Positions 28,441 to 38,800 of a stretch of DNA of 64,000 nucleotides are shown here, in pieces. The notes beneath the pieces were generated by a model. The model saw only the letters and a list, made by a program, of their open reading frames with translations, did no database searches and was not told the origin of the DNA. Made by a program: the position numbers and the translations under genes. Origin of the DNA: Poseidonia sp. (GTDB lineage: Archaea > Thermoplasmatota > Poseidoniia > Poseidoniales > Poseidoniaceae); assembly GCA_965661285.1 (NCBI GenBank), contig CBFIDD010000002.1, forward strand, positions 1 through 64,000, written 5' to 3'. Positions within the stretch are counted from its first letter, which is position 1, and every line of letters starts with the position of its first letter.

Positions 28441-28710
28441 ATGGGTCGAAGTGTGCCACCATGGCGAACGCGAGTGGAGAACGAATTGCAGCAATTGATG
28501 CCGTACCGTCGAGCCCTCTCGTCGGTTGATCGTGCTGCTTTTGATGCCCTTTTGGATGCGGTGCGTGAGCGTCGCGCTGCGGGAGGAATGCTTCCAGCCA
28601 TCAACACCTGGCAGCCCACAGTTCTCAGCATGATGGTGGGTTTGATGGCTCAGGTGTCGCAGCTCACCGAACGCGTTGAAGCGCTTGAGGAACGGCGTCG
28701 CCATGATTGA
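28441..28710 (+). CDS. small helical PolB2-associated protein (arCOG07300-like)
   Basis: MGRSVPPWR...YRRAL...DRAAFDALL...VLSM...coiled coil resembles, from memory, the small gene that precedes archaeal PolB2; its stop overlaps the polB2 start (ATGATTGA). Confidence 0.75.
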   Translation: MGRSVPPWRTRVENELQQLMPYRRALSSVDRAAFDALLDAVRERRAAGGMLPAINTWQPTVLSMMVGLMAQVSQLTERVEALEERRRHD

Positions 28711-31207
28711 GGGTTGGTTGCTGGACGTTCACGAGAACGAGACACACACCGAGATGGTGGCGTGGGTTGTTGACGACCAAGGTGTTGCCCACGGGTGTGC
28801 TGTGCCTTGGACGCCTTCGATACATGTCCACGCCTCCCATCGCTCTTTGGACCGGTTAGAGCACTGGTTGAACCAACCCGAATTGCGTCAGCGTTTTGGT
28901 ATTGGCGCCATGGTTCCAACACGTGCTCGATTGGACCTTGAGGCCGAAGGCCAGGCCGATGTTCTCGACATCACCTTGCGTTCTTACCACCACATGCGGG
29001 CCCTTGCAGAACACATTGAAGCGCGCGGTGATTTTCATCGGTACACGCTCTACTCGGTCGATGCCCATCTCGCGCAGCGCTTCCTGAACGAACACGCCTG
29101 CATTCCGTTTCAACGGGTTCGTTGGAATCCTTCGGTGCCAACCTTGCTCGAACCGATCAGCGCGGCTGAAACCGACACCGTCGAGTTCCCGCCGCTATGT
29201 GTTGCTCGCCTCACCCTTCAATTTGCAGAGGGTGGTGGTTTGCCTGCACAAGGTGACGTTGTTGAACGCATTTGTTTGGAAACGGTTCTTGAGCCGGGTT
29301 TTTCTTCTCCCAGAACAACCCATTCCGCTCGTCTTGAACGGAGCGAATTTCCATCGTTGGCTGCCTTCCTCAATGCTTTCCAAGCGGTTTTTGATGATGT
29401 CAACCCTGATGTCGTTGTGACCGCAGGCGGTGACCAGCGTTGGTTCCCATGGTTGGTTGAACAAGGCCACATCCATCAGGTTCCACTCGTTCTCGGGCGG
29501 ACACCCGAACACTTGCGCCAATCGACCGGCCAGCGTACCGTTCACTCCTACGGGCAAACTCGACATCGTCATGGTTCCTTCTTTCTCAAAGGTCGACTTC
29601 ACCTTGACGTAAAGAACAGTTTCATCGTCAACGAGGGTGGACTTGCGGGCTTGTTTGAACTGGCACAACACTCTCGCCAATCGGCCCAAATCATTTCCCG
29701 ACTTTCTCCAGGTTCGGTCATCAGCGCCATCCAAATGCGGGTGGCCATGGATGACGGTGTCTTGGTGCCGTGGAAGAAAAACCGGCCTGAAGACACAAAG
29801 TCTGCGCTGGACCTTCTCCATGCTGACCGAGGAGGTTTGTACCTTGATAGCCGACCAGGGGTACATTCTTCCGTGATTGAACTTGATTTTGCAAGTTTGT
29901 TCCCGAGCATCATCGCGACACGCAACATCTCTCCTGAGACGCTGAATTGCTCTTGCTGTCAAGCGTCCGCCGCTTCCACGACGCGGGGTGTTGTCCCCTT
30001 GCATCCAGATGAGGCTGGTCAAGAGTTTCGTGAACGTGCGATGGTCTCACGATTTGGTCACGGGCTTTTCCCGCTCGCGAACGAAAAGGCCCTCTCCGTT
30101 CCCGGCCTCAACATGCACACATGTGGCCGCAAGCACGGCTTTCTCGGGCGTGTGGTCGCACCCATCATTGAGCGCCGTCGAGTTTTGAAGCGTCAGCGTC
30201 AGCACAAAGGCGACGCCTTTGACCTGCGACAAAACGCCCTCAAGTGGCTGCTCGTGACGTGCTTTGGATACACCGGTTACCGCAATGCGCGTTTTGGGCG
30301 TATCGAGGCACACGAGGCGATTTGTGCATGGTCTCGAGATCTTCTACTGACCACGATTGAAGAGGCTCAAAACGACGGGTGGGATGTGCTTCATGCCATC
30401 GTGGATTGTGTTTGGCTCTCCGATACGAAAGGGCGCTCACCCGAGCAACAGCGGTTGGATGCAGAGGACTTTGGAATCCGTATTTCCCAACATGTTGGTA
30501 TCCCTCTTGAGTTTGAAGCACACTACGATTTCATTGCGTTTCTCCCGAGTCGGATGCACGGTTCGGGGTCGCTTACCAAATATTGGGCCTTGGCGGGTGA
30601 TGAATTCAAAGTTCGTGGCATTGAGTTGCGCCAACATTCCACTCCACGATGGGTGCGTGAACTTCAGCAAAAGGGGTTGGAACTTCTGGCAAAAGGGGAG
30701 CGCGTTGACGGACGTCCTTCCCTTCGGGCTCAACGGTCGGTGTTGGCCCACTATCGGGGCGAGCTTCAGCGATTAAATTCCGGCGAGGTTTCGCTCGTCG
30801 ACCTCGTGATCACGCGACGAACCACGCGACACTTGGCCGATTATCGCGTCAAGAACCTGACCTATGGGGCACTCCTGCGAGCCCATGAACGCGGATATGT
30901 TGTCCCGCCGGGAGGGAAAATTCGTTATGTCGTCGTGAATTCATCGTCCAGCGAACCTCTGGATCGTGTCCGTTTGGCTGAGGAACTCCCCCTTTGTCAA
31001 GCCGCAACTGCTGGATGTCCAGTCCATTATGGCGAACTCGCTGAACGCGCCGTATGGGCGCTTCTTGCGCCGTTCGGTTGGACAACAGAAACACTTCGAA
31101 GCGACGGGGTTCAACCGAGTCTCTTGATGTTCACGCGTCGCGATGAAACAGAGGGAGAACGCCGACCGTTTGACTCCTCGTTGACCGGTCAAAGCTCTGT
31201 TCGTTGA
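28703..31207 (+). CDS. polB2: family B DNA polymerase, PolB2 group
   Basis: GWLLD N-terminus, DRGG, motif A ELDFASLFPSII..NISPET, motif B LKWLLVTCFGYTGY, FGRIEAHEAI, motif C HAIVDCVW, KVRGIELR. Confidence 0.9.
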   Translation: MIEGWLLDVHENETHTEMVAWVVDDQGVAHGCAVPWTPSIHVHASHRSLDRLEHWLNQPELRQRFGIGAMVPTRARLDLEAEGQADVLDITLRSYHHMRALAEHIEARGDFHRYTLYSVDAHLAQRFLNEHACIPFQRVRWNPSVPTLLEPISAAETDTVEFPPLCVARLTLQFAEGGGLPAQGDVVERICLETVLEPGFSSPRTTHSARLERSEFPSLAAFLNAFQAVFDDVNPDVVVTAGGDQRWFPWLVEQGHIHQVPLVLGRTPEHLRQSTGQRTVHSYGQTRHRHGSFFLKGRLHLDVKNSFIVNEGGLAGLFELAQHSRQSAQIISRLSPGSVISAIQMRVAMDDGVLVPWKKNRPEDTKSALDLLHADRGGLYLDSRPGVHSSVIELDFASLFPSIIATRNISPETLNCSCCQASAASTTRGVVPLHPDEAGQEFRERAMVSRFGHGLFPLANEKALSVPGLNMHTCGRKHGFLGRVVAPIIERRRVLKRQRQHKGDAFDLRQNALKWLLVTCFGYTGYRNARFGRIEAHEAICAWSRDLLLTTIEEAQNDGWDVLHAIVDCVWLSDTKGRSPEQQRLDAEDFGIRISQHVGIPLEFEAHYDFIAFLPSRMHGSGSLTKYWALAGDEFKVRGIELRQHSTPRWVRELQQKGLELLAKGERVDGRPSLRAQRSVLAHYRGELQRLNSGEVSLVDLVITRRTTRHLADYRVKNLTYGALLRAHERGYVVPPGGKIRYVVVNSSSSEPLDRVRLAEELPLCQAATAGCPVHYGELAERAVWALLAPFGWTTETLRSDGVQPSLLMFTRRDETEGERRPFDSSLTGQSSVR

Positions 31208-31916
31208 GACGAAAACGAGTTTGAGCGATGTTCTCGAAGGGGCGCCAGTGTCCTTGAAGCCCCGAACGAGGATGTCGGAGGTGCAGTGCTCTCCTTCGCC
31301 GACTTCCTGTCCACGTACCGATGAGGTGGTTTTGAGCGTGGCGGTGAAGATGTTGAAGCAAACGTGCATCGGTGTGTTGCGAGCGAGGCGATCCCGTGAT
31401 GACGACCACAGCGGCGTGCTGGTGTTCGGCCAGTTGCCGTAAGAGACCAACATGTCTTCGGAACAAGGTTCTGGATTCAAGCCTCGAAATCGCATCATCG
31501 CTGTGCATGGCGAGCAAACCGTCAATCACAATGACGGGGGCACGGGTGATGGCCAGTTCATTTGGGAGGCGTTCGATTTGTCGGTCCAATTGATGCAGTG
31601 TGAATCCTCGACTCAAGTACAAACGTGCGAGACACGCCTCAACATCTGCTCCAAGCCGTTCCAAACCTGGAATGAAACGTGAGGGGTCAATTCGGCAGGC
31701 ACCGTCCACCCAGTGCACCACTTCGCCTTGTGCCAAGGCGTGAACGGCCCAATGTTCTGCAACACATCGCATGCTCTTGCCTGCCCGTCCGGGCCCACTC
31801 AAGTGGTAGAGTTGTCCTCGCACGGGCACAAGCGTGGTTGGGTCAATGCCTCTTCGGCGTTGGATGAGGTCGGTGTTCAGCCGTGATGTCGCTTGGTGGT
31901 GTTGCATACGAATCAT
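31131..31916 (-). CDS. degenerate RadA/RecA-like ATPase (ImuA-like)
   Basis: GID...RGQLYHLSGPGRAGKS (Walker A-like), VHWVDG...DP, LYLSRGFTLHQL (RadA/RadB RAFT-like), VIVIDG (Walker B); start could be 31907. Confidence 0.75.
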   Translation of the reverse strand: MIRMQHHQATSRLNTDLIQRRRGIDPTTLVPVRGQLYHLSGPGRAGKSMRCVAEHWAVHALAQGEVVHWVDGACRIDPSRFIPGLERLGADVEACLARLYLSRGFTLHQLDRQIERLPNELAITRAPVIVIDGLLAMHSDDAISRLESRTLFRRHVGLLRQLAEHQHAAVVVITGSPRSQHTDARLLQHLHRHAQNHLIGTWTGSRRRRALHLRHPRSGLQGHWRPFENIAQTRFRLNEQSFDRSTRSQTVGVLPLFHRDA

Positions 31917-32015
31917 TGACGGTCGTCAAACGGGGTCTTCAATACTTAGGAGGACCCCTCGGTTGAACTGAACATCCACATCAAGTTCAAACACCATCGG
32001 CGTCGATGGGCGATT

Positions 32016-33146
32016 GTGCTTGGGCAAGACGCAGGTGGTGCGGTTGGTGGTCCGAGAATCATCATTCACTGCGACTTGGATGCGTTTTTTGCAGCGGTTG
32101 AAACCCTTCACCACGGCTTTGACCGCGATGTACCTTTGATCATCGGTTCAGATCCGAAACAGGGACGGGGTCGCGGCATCGTTTCTACCTGTAATTACGC
32201 GGCGCGCGTCTACGGAATACGTTCGGCCATGCCCGTTTCCGAGGCGTGGCGCCGGTGCCCTGCAGCGCCGTTTGGCCCGGCCATCTTCATCCGAGGAACA
32301 CGTGGCCTCTACAGCCGAGCGAGTCGAAAAGTCATGGCGGTTCTTTCGGAAATGGCGGACCTGTTTGAAAAGGCGAGCATCGATGAGGCCTATCTCGATG
32401 TGACGGAGCGAGTAAACGGGGATTGGGATGCAGCACTCGCCCTTGCAAATATTCTGCAGCAGCGTATCTTTGAAGCGGTCGAGTTGACGGCTTCTTTTGG
32501 CATCGGGCCAACTCGTCTCGTGGCCAAGATGGCGAGTGAGGTGAACAAACCCAACGGAATCTTTCGTGTTATGCCTGACGAACTGCAGTCGTTTTTCGAG
32601 GGTCGCTCTCTCCGAGATATCCCGGGGATTGGACCAAAACGCGCAACCCAGTTGGCAGAGTGGGGCTACACAACGGCCGACGAGCTTTACGGTTTGGGTG
32701 AACTTTCCCTTGCAAGGCTCGCAGGTGAGCGATTTGCTGCTTGGTTTGTGCGAGTTGTTGATGGAGAAAGCAGTTCGGTTGTCAGTCCTCTGCGGAGTCG
32801 GAAATCCATTGGGAAAGAGCACACGTTTGAACGCGACCAAGAGGACCATCAACACGTGGTGGAGCGCCTCGAACAATTGGTATCGTTGGTCATGGAACGG
32901 GCTGCACATCTCGGTGTGTCTGGTCGGTTGGCTGAAGTCAAAATTCGCTACACGGGATTTGAAACCCATACCGCTGGCCGGAGCATACCGGTGGCGATGG
33001 ACGAAACGTCGGTGTTCAAGCGGCTGGCGAACGGGTTGTTTGCCACCAGTGTTCGCCCGGATTCAACCGTGCGCCTCATCGGGTTTCGTTTGGGGCAGTT
33101 AGAGATGCCAGCATTCCGTCAGTCCACGCTGTTTGAGGAAGAATAG
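32016..33146 (+). CDS. dinB: DNA polymerase IV (Y family, DinB/Dbh)
   Basis: IIHCDLDAFFAAVE, GIVSTCNYAAR..GIRSAMP, SIDEAYLD, AKMAS..NKPNG, IPGIG, KSIGKEHTF, C-terminal QSTLF. Confidence 0.95.
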   Translation: MLGQDAGGAVGGPRIIIHCDLDAFFAAVETLHHGFDRDVPLIIGSDPKQGRGRGIVSTCNYAARVYGIRSAMPVSEAWRRCPAAPFGPAIFIRGTRGLYSRASRKVMAVLSEMADLFEKASIDEAYLDVTERVNGDWDAALALANILQQRIFEAVELTASFGIGPTRLVAKMASEVNKPNGIFRVMPDELQSFFEGRSLRDIPGIGPKRATQLAEWGYTTADELYGLGELSLARLAGERFAAWFVRVVDGESSSVVSPLRSRKSIGKEHTFERDQEDHQHVVERLEQLVSLVMERAAHLGVSGRLAEVKIRYTGFETHTAGRSIPVAMDETSVFKRLANGLFATSVRPDSTVRLIGFRLGQLEMPAFRQSTLFEEE

Positions 33147-33148
33147 TT

Positions 33149-35641
33149 TCATTCCAACTTGTGCATGCGCGTCAGTGTTGCCGAGAACTCTCCCAGCAAT
33201 TCCGGGACAGGCGTGTCGGAGATGGGCTGGTTGAGCGAGATACCGGCTTCTTTCTTTTTGGCCCACACGTGCCCGTTGAATTCCTGCAGTGCGTGCGAGA
33301 GGCTACAGAGCCGTTCACTTTCGTCGGTGCCAAAGGCCACATCCTCGAGCGCAGGTGAAGGGAAGGCATCAACATCCACGGCCGATGTTCCGTAAACGGT
33401 GCTGGTGATGTGGTGGGTAAAGAAGGGGCAGACCGGGCTGAATGCCGCCATGAAATCACGGACAATACGGTGAAGGGTCCAAGCCGCTGCCTTGTCCTCA
33501 TCGTAAAGTCTTGATTTGACCATTTCGAGGTAGTGGCTTGGCAACAGCCCGGTTCCAAAGGTTTTGAGCGCCTGCGTCGCCGTATAGATGTCAAGATTGG
33601 ACCACGCATCGTTCACGGTGTTCATCGTGTGATGGAACTCGGCGAGGATCCAGCGGTCCTCCGAAGCGAAGGATGCGGGAGGCGTTTCAAGGTCGTCGGG
33701 AACTTCAAATTGGGACGCAAATCGGGCAACGTTGAACAATTTCGTCAACACACCGAAGTATTTCTTTTCGATTTCTTCGGGGTTGATATGGAAATCATCG
33801 CCAACTTGGGCATCACAGGCCTTCCAAAGACGGAAACATTCACTCCCGATTTTGTTTGCTCGCAGTTTCACGGAGCCATCGGGGCCCTTGACTTGCCATG
33901 CGCCGGTCCGGCCGCCAGCTCCGCACTCGAGAACCGAATCAGCATCGATGCCGTTGCCGAGGGATTTGCTCATTTTTCGTCCCCAAGGGTCCATGCCGAG
34001 GCCATCGATCCAAACGTGTTGGAATCCAGGTTGGTCGAGCACAAGTGTTGATTTTAGGAGTGTGTAGTAGAGCCAAGTCCTGACGATTTCTTTGCCTTGA
34101 GGGCGTAAGGCTGTTGGAAAGGCATTCTCAAAGATATCTGGGTGGTTGAGATAACCGCTGACAAAGAGGTTTGAGTTGGATGAATCCATCCATGTGTCAA
34201 ACACTTTTTCCTCGCCCCTGATCTGCCCGAGAGTCTCGGCGATGTCCGCAAAAGCACCCAAATCTTCTCTCGAATCTCTGTCCAGCACTCGGCTGCCCTT
34301 CGGCGGCATGTCCTTCCAGGGTTGCACGTAGGTTCCGGAGGGCGGAACGACGACCTTTGTTTCGTCTTCACTGTACCAAATTGGAATCTCAGTATGGTAC
34401 CATCGACGTCGGCTGATCGGCCAATCAATGCTGATGTTGTCCATCCAGTCGAGTAAAAATTGGCGATTGCGCACCGGATGGAAATTGATGGATTCAATGT
34501 GCTCACGCATGCGGTCTTGGATGTGGGTTTGGCGCACATACCACTCCTTGAGGAGGATGATTTCAACGGGGTTTTTTCCTCGCTCTGACACCGGGATATC
34601 CTGGTCTCGCTCAACGGCTTGAACCAGACGCCCTTCCTCTTGGAGCAGTTCGATCGCCTTTGTGCGTGCTTCGAGGACCGAAAGGCCGTGGAGAGGACCG
34701 GATACCTCCGTCATTTTGCCATCCAAATCAATGGCTTGGAACGGTGTTAATCCCAGTTCACGGAAGACGGCAACATCGTTTTGATCGCCGAATGAACACA
34801 CCATCAAGACGCCGGTTCCGAAATCTGATTTGACCGAGGGATGCTCCTGTATTGATACGGTCGTTCCGCGATCGCTGACGCCCAGTGGGAGGGTAATTTC
34901 CTGACCCACAAGGTGCTTGTAGCGAGCGTCATCCGGGTGCACGACCACCACGCCGCAGGCGCAGATCAACTCCGGCCGTGTGGTGGATATCACCAAATCC
35001 GTTCCGTCTTTGCATGTCCAACGGACATCGACAAGCTTTGTTTTTCGTGGCAAACGTTCGACCTCAGCATCTGCGATGGTGGTCCCTTCGACGGGGTCAT
35101 AGATGTTGGGGCGAAGGTCTTCGATAATGTCACCTTTCTTGAACAGGTCCACGAAAATAGACTGTGTCACGCTGCGGTAGTCTGGAGCGTCGGTCAGGTA
35201 TTCCCGAGAGAAGTCACAGGAAAGGCCGACTCGTTTTGCCGTGTTTCGCATCGCTTGTGTGAAGGATTCGATGGTGGTTTCACACAGTTGGAGGAATTCT
35301 TCCCGGTCATAGGTCTTCATTTTCCGTTTGGTGTTCTTTTCCACCGTGAACTCGATATTGATCCCGTTGCGGTCCACGCCCCACGGGAAATAGACTTCCT
35401 TGCCAAGCAAACGCTGACTCCGAGCAAGGACATCGATCATGGAATACTGGGCTACGGCACCGATGTGCCATGTGCCTGAAGGATAGGGTGGGGGGGTGTC
35501 GATGACAAACAGTTCCTTCTCACTCTCGGGGTTGAAGGCGTAGCGTCCACTGTAGGCTGCATCATCAGCGTAGTGGGCTTCTTGGATGGTCTTTTCAAGG
35601 TCAATGGACCATCGTTTTTCTGGTATTTTTGGGGCTGGCAT
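33149..35641 (-). CDS. valS: valine--tRNA ligase (archaeal type)
   Basis: IDTPPPYPSG.WHIG (HIGH), STTRPEL, DFGTG, DWPISRRR, FDTWMDS, RPQGKEIVRTW, KMSKS. Confidence 0.93.
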   Translation of the reverse strand: MPAPKIPEKRWSIDLEKTIQEAHYADDAAYSGRYAFNPESEKELFVIDTPPPYPSGTWHIGAVAQYSMIDVLARSQRLLGKEVYFPWGVDRNGINIEFTVEKNTKRKMKTYDREEFLQLCETTIESFTQAMRNTAKRVGLSCDFSREYLTDAPDYRSVTQSIFVDLFKKGDIIEDLRPNIYDPVEGTTIADAEVERLPRKTKLVDVRWTCKDGTDLVISTTRPELICACGVVVVHPDDARYKHLVGQEITLPLGVSDRGTTVSIQEHPSVKSDFGTGVLMVCSFGDQNDVAVFRELGLTPFQAIDLDGKMTEVSGPLHGLSVLEARTKAIELLQEEGRLVQAVERDQDIPVSERGKNPVEIILLKEWYVRQTHIQDRMREHIESINFHPVRNRQFLLDWMDNISIDWPISRRRWYHTEIPIWYSEDETKVVVPPSGTYVQPWKDMPPKGSRVLDRDSREDLGAFADIAETLGQIRGEEKVFDTWMDSSNSNLFVSGYLNHPDIFENAFPTALRPQGKEIVRTWLYYTLLKSTLVLDQPGFQHVWIDGLGMDPWGRKMSKSLGNGIDADSVLECGAGGRTGAWQVKGPDGSVKLRANKIGSECFRLWKACDAQVGDDFHINPEEIEKKYFGVLTKLFNVARFASQFEVPDDLETPPASFASEDRWILAEFHHTMNTVNDAWSNLDIYTATQALKTFGTGLLPSHYLEMVKSRLYDEDKAAAWTLHRIVRDFMAAFSPVCPFFTHHITSTVYGTSAVDVDAFPSPALEDVAFGTDESERLCSLSHALQEFNGHVWAKKKEAGISLNQPISDTPVPELLGEFSATLTRMHKLE

Positions 35642-35804
35642 GTGCCTCACCTGGCCCCTCCTCGGTCACTGAGGGGGGTCCAATCCGTCGGATGTGGGGC
35701 ATCATTTCAACCCGTCGGCTCAATCATGAAAGACAACCGTCAAACGTCCATGGCGAAGGTAAGCCTTTGAAGGTCAATGGTTTCGGTGTCGTTGAGGTGG
35801 TGTC

Positions 35805-38800
35805 GTGGCTTCGGTGGATGATGCTTCAAAAACCCAGCCTCCTCAAGATACAGGTGCGACCTCTGTAGGGAATCGTCGCCTCAACGCCATCACCGAAAAG
35901 AGCCGTGCTGTGAGGAACCAACTCACTGGTCAAATGAAGGCCATTGACTCGAAGCGTACACTTGATGCGGTTCTTGAAGCCCCAAAACGTTTCAAGCGAG
36001 AATGGCAGAAAACAGGTGCGACCGGCGCCATTACCAAATTTCCGATACCCACCATCCTCGTCTTCCTCTTGCTAACAGTGTACTTTGTTTCACAGTCTGG
36101 CTTCCTCGACGGTACGCAGTTCGATGACGACCCCGATAATCCAGCGCTGAACGTCAACGGGGACTTGGAGGTCTACCTCCCGGACGGGAGCCGTGTTGCT
36201 GAATTGATCGGAAAAGTGGAGGAGGATTGGTCCACCAACGTGATGGTTGTCTACATTGAGTCGGACAAAAACAACATTACAGACCAGCGGATTCTCCAAG
36301 AGATCAGCTATGTCGAGAACATTCTCAATCCCTATCTTTCTGATGACTCCGACGACGTGATCTACATTCTTTCCCTCTCCACGGTCCTCAAAGAAGTCAA
36401 TTCAAGCGCCCCTCGCATTCGAGAAGCTGTCATCACCGAAGTTGGAGAACTTGGCTGCTCAAACAACCCCGAAGACAATTGCCCCTCGAGGGAATTTGCC
36501 AAGGAGATGAACGATGCCTTTGCACTTACCGATGACCAATTTGGTGGCTCATACGAAATTCCGAGTCAAACCACCATCGACCTTGTCGTGGGTGAGATGT
36601 ATTCGGATGAAGGCCAACCCTCAGCCGGCATGAACAAGCTTGCTCGAGATATTGAGGGCGGTGAAGACGGCGGTCCCGACGGATTGCTCGACCGTGCCAT
36701 CATGGCGATTGCAGTGACCGAAGACCGTCCTGCAAAGGACATCATTGCTGACACACAAGAAGTTCTCGACACCATCGCTTCGATGGAGCGAGCCTGCTTG
36801 TATGACGCCAACGGAAATCCGGTGGAGTCAGAGGGCATGTGCACCTGGGAAGACCTTGGGATTTCGATGGTTCTCACCGGGCCTGTCCCCATCACCAACG
36901 CCGTCACAGAATTTTCGTTCAAGTTGTTCTGGGACATCTTCCCCAAAGCGGTCGTCCTGGTTGCCCTGGGGTTGTTTGTTTTCCACTCTGACCTTCTCCA
37001 AGCCGGTTTGACGGGTATTCGCCCTCTCCAAGGTTTCAAAGTCATCGTCATTGCTGGTTTACCAACGCTCTGTGCGGTGTTTTGGACGCTGGGTCTCATC
37101 GGGGCGACGAATTACGAAGTAACGATGACGGTGATTATTGTCGGGCCCATTTTACTCGCGCTGGGCGTATCGTACGGATTACACATCACCAATCGCTACG
37201 CGGAAGAGGAGGGGACTAAGAGCGAGAAAATGCGGGCTTCGTTAAGCTCGACAGGTCGGGCTGTCTTCCTTTCGGCAGTGACCACGGTGATCGGTTTCAT
37301 CTCCCTTGTGTTCACACCGATGGCGCCCATACAAACGGTGGGAATCGCCCTTTCTGGGGGCATTGTCATCGTCTATTTCCTCACCATGTTCATGGTTCCG
37401 AATCTAACGCTCATCTTGGATTTGAAAAAGCCCAAACATCCTCCGCTGAAGGCTTTCGACGTGTTGGTTGATGTCCCGGTGAAACGTAACAAAGGGGTCA
37501 TTGGCGTCTTTGTTTTGATGATTTTACTCTCCGCAACCATCGGCCAGGCCAATGTTGAGGAAAACATTGACCTGCTCGGCATGGCGCCCGAGGGCGAATC
37601 CCCGGTCGTCAAGATGAAGCAATACAGCCGCGAATTTGAAGCCGGCCAGGTTGGTATGATCCTCGTCAACGCCAACGTGAGCGGCGATTTCAATGACGAG
37701 GATAACTCCAACGATGACCCTGTGGAAATTCTTCAAAAAATTGACAATTTGGAAGCCTCCCTCAACACCGTAGAAAACACCACGGCGGTTTCGGTTGTGT
37801 TCTTGATGAAAGCCTCAGGTGTCCAAATCACGGTCTCCGGCGAGGGCTTGAACGAATTGTTTCAACTCATTCCGTGTGCCGGTAATGAACAGTGCGAGGA
37901 TGTGAAAACCACCGCAAATGTGCTCCTGAATCAGAGCCAAGCCCTCGACGGTTCGTTTTGGGACTTGTTGAACGACCCCGATGCTTTCGGTCTTCCGGGT
38001 TCCCAACAAAGCCAAATTTTCCTTTTGGACGTCTTTTACGCCTCACTGACAAAAGAAACTCGTGAAATCTTCGTGAGCGAGGACTTCAGTCGCTCTCTGA
38101 TTTACGTTGACATGCCGTTCATCCCTGTTGCCGATACTGCGAAAAGTGTGGATTCGGTCAACGACAAGGCGGCCACGTTCCAGGGTCGTTATGGGGAATC
38201 AGCTGAAGAACTGACAGGTGTGGCCGCAACAGCCATTGAAGTCAACGAACTCATTGTCGGGTCGCAGTGGACATCGCTTGGCTTTGCCATTATTTTGACC
38301 CTCATCACGCTCGCCATCGTGTTCAGAGACATTCGCTATTCAATTTGGACAACGTCACCCGTTATTGCTACCGTGGCTCTCCAATGGTTGGTCATGTGGC
38401 GGATGGACGTCCCACTCTCGTTGGTCACGGTCATGATCGGCTCTATTTTGGTCGGCGTGGGTGTTGACTTCTCAATCCACATTGCCAACCGTATACGCGA
38501 GTTGGGTGGGGGCATACAGGCCATTCGAAGTGCGGCCGTCGGCACGGGGATGTCGTTGTTTGAAGCAGCCGTGGTAACATCGCTCGGTATGTTTACCGCC
38601 TATGATATTCCGATTCCGGAAATCACACCGTTCATCACGGTGATTCTCATCCTGCTGTGGGTCGCTGCTGCCAGTGCACTGATCCTCCTACCTGCCATCT
38701 TCATCACCCTCGAAAAGATGGGTATCGGTGCGGTCAGTGGCGGCAATAACATGGCGAAAAAATTGGGTCTCATCCGCGCCAATACGGCTGCTGAAGACGT

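Noticed and set aside
20167-31207. Inteins in RtcB or PolB2
   Set aside because: Lengths are normal and no intein splice or LAGLIDADG motifs were seen.
28703-31207. PolB as a sign of a provirus, casposon or pipolin
   Set aside because: Motifs are PolB2-type rather than protein-primed; no cas1, integrase, capsid gene or terminal repeats; the flanks are housekeeping genes.
27801-32969. Long antisense ORFs (27801-28631, 29195-30022, 32148-32969)
   Set aside because: Shadow frames of well-supported genes, with no motifs.
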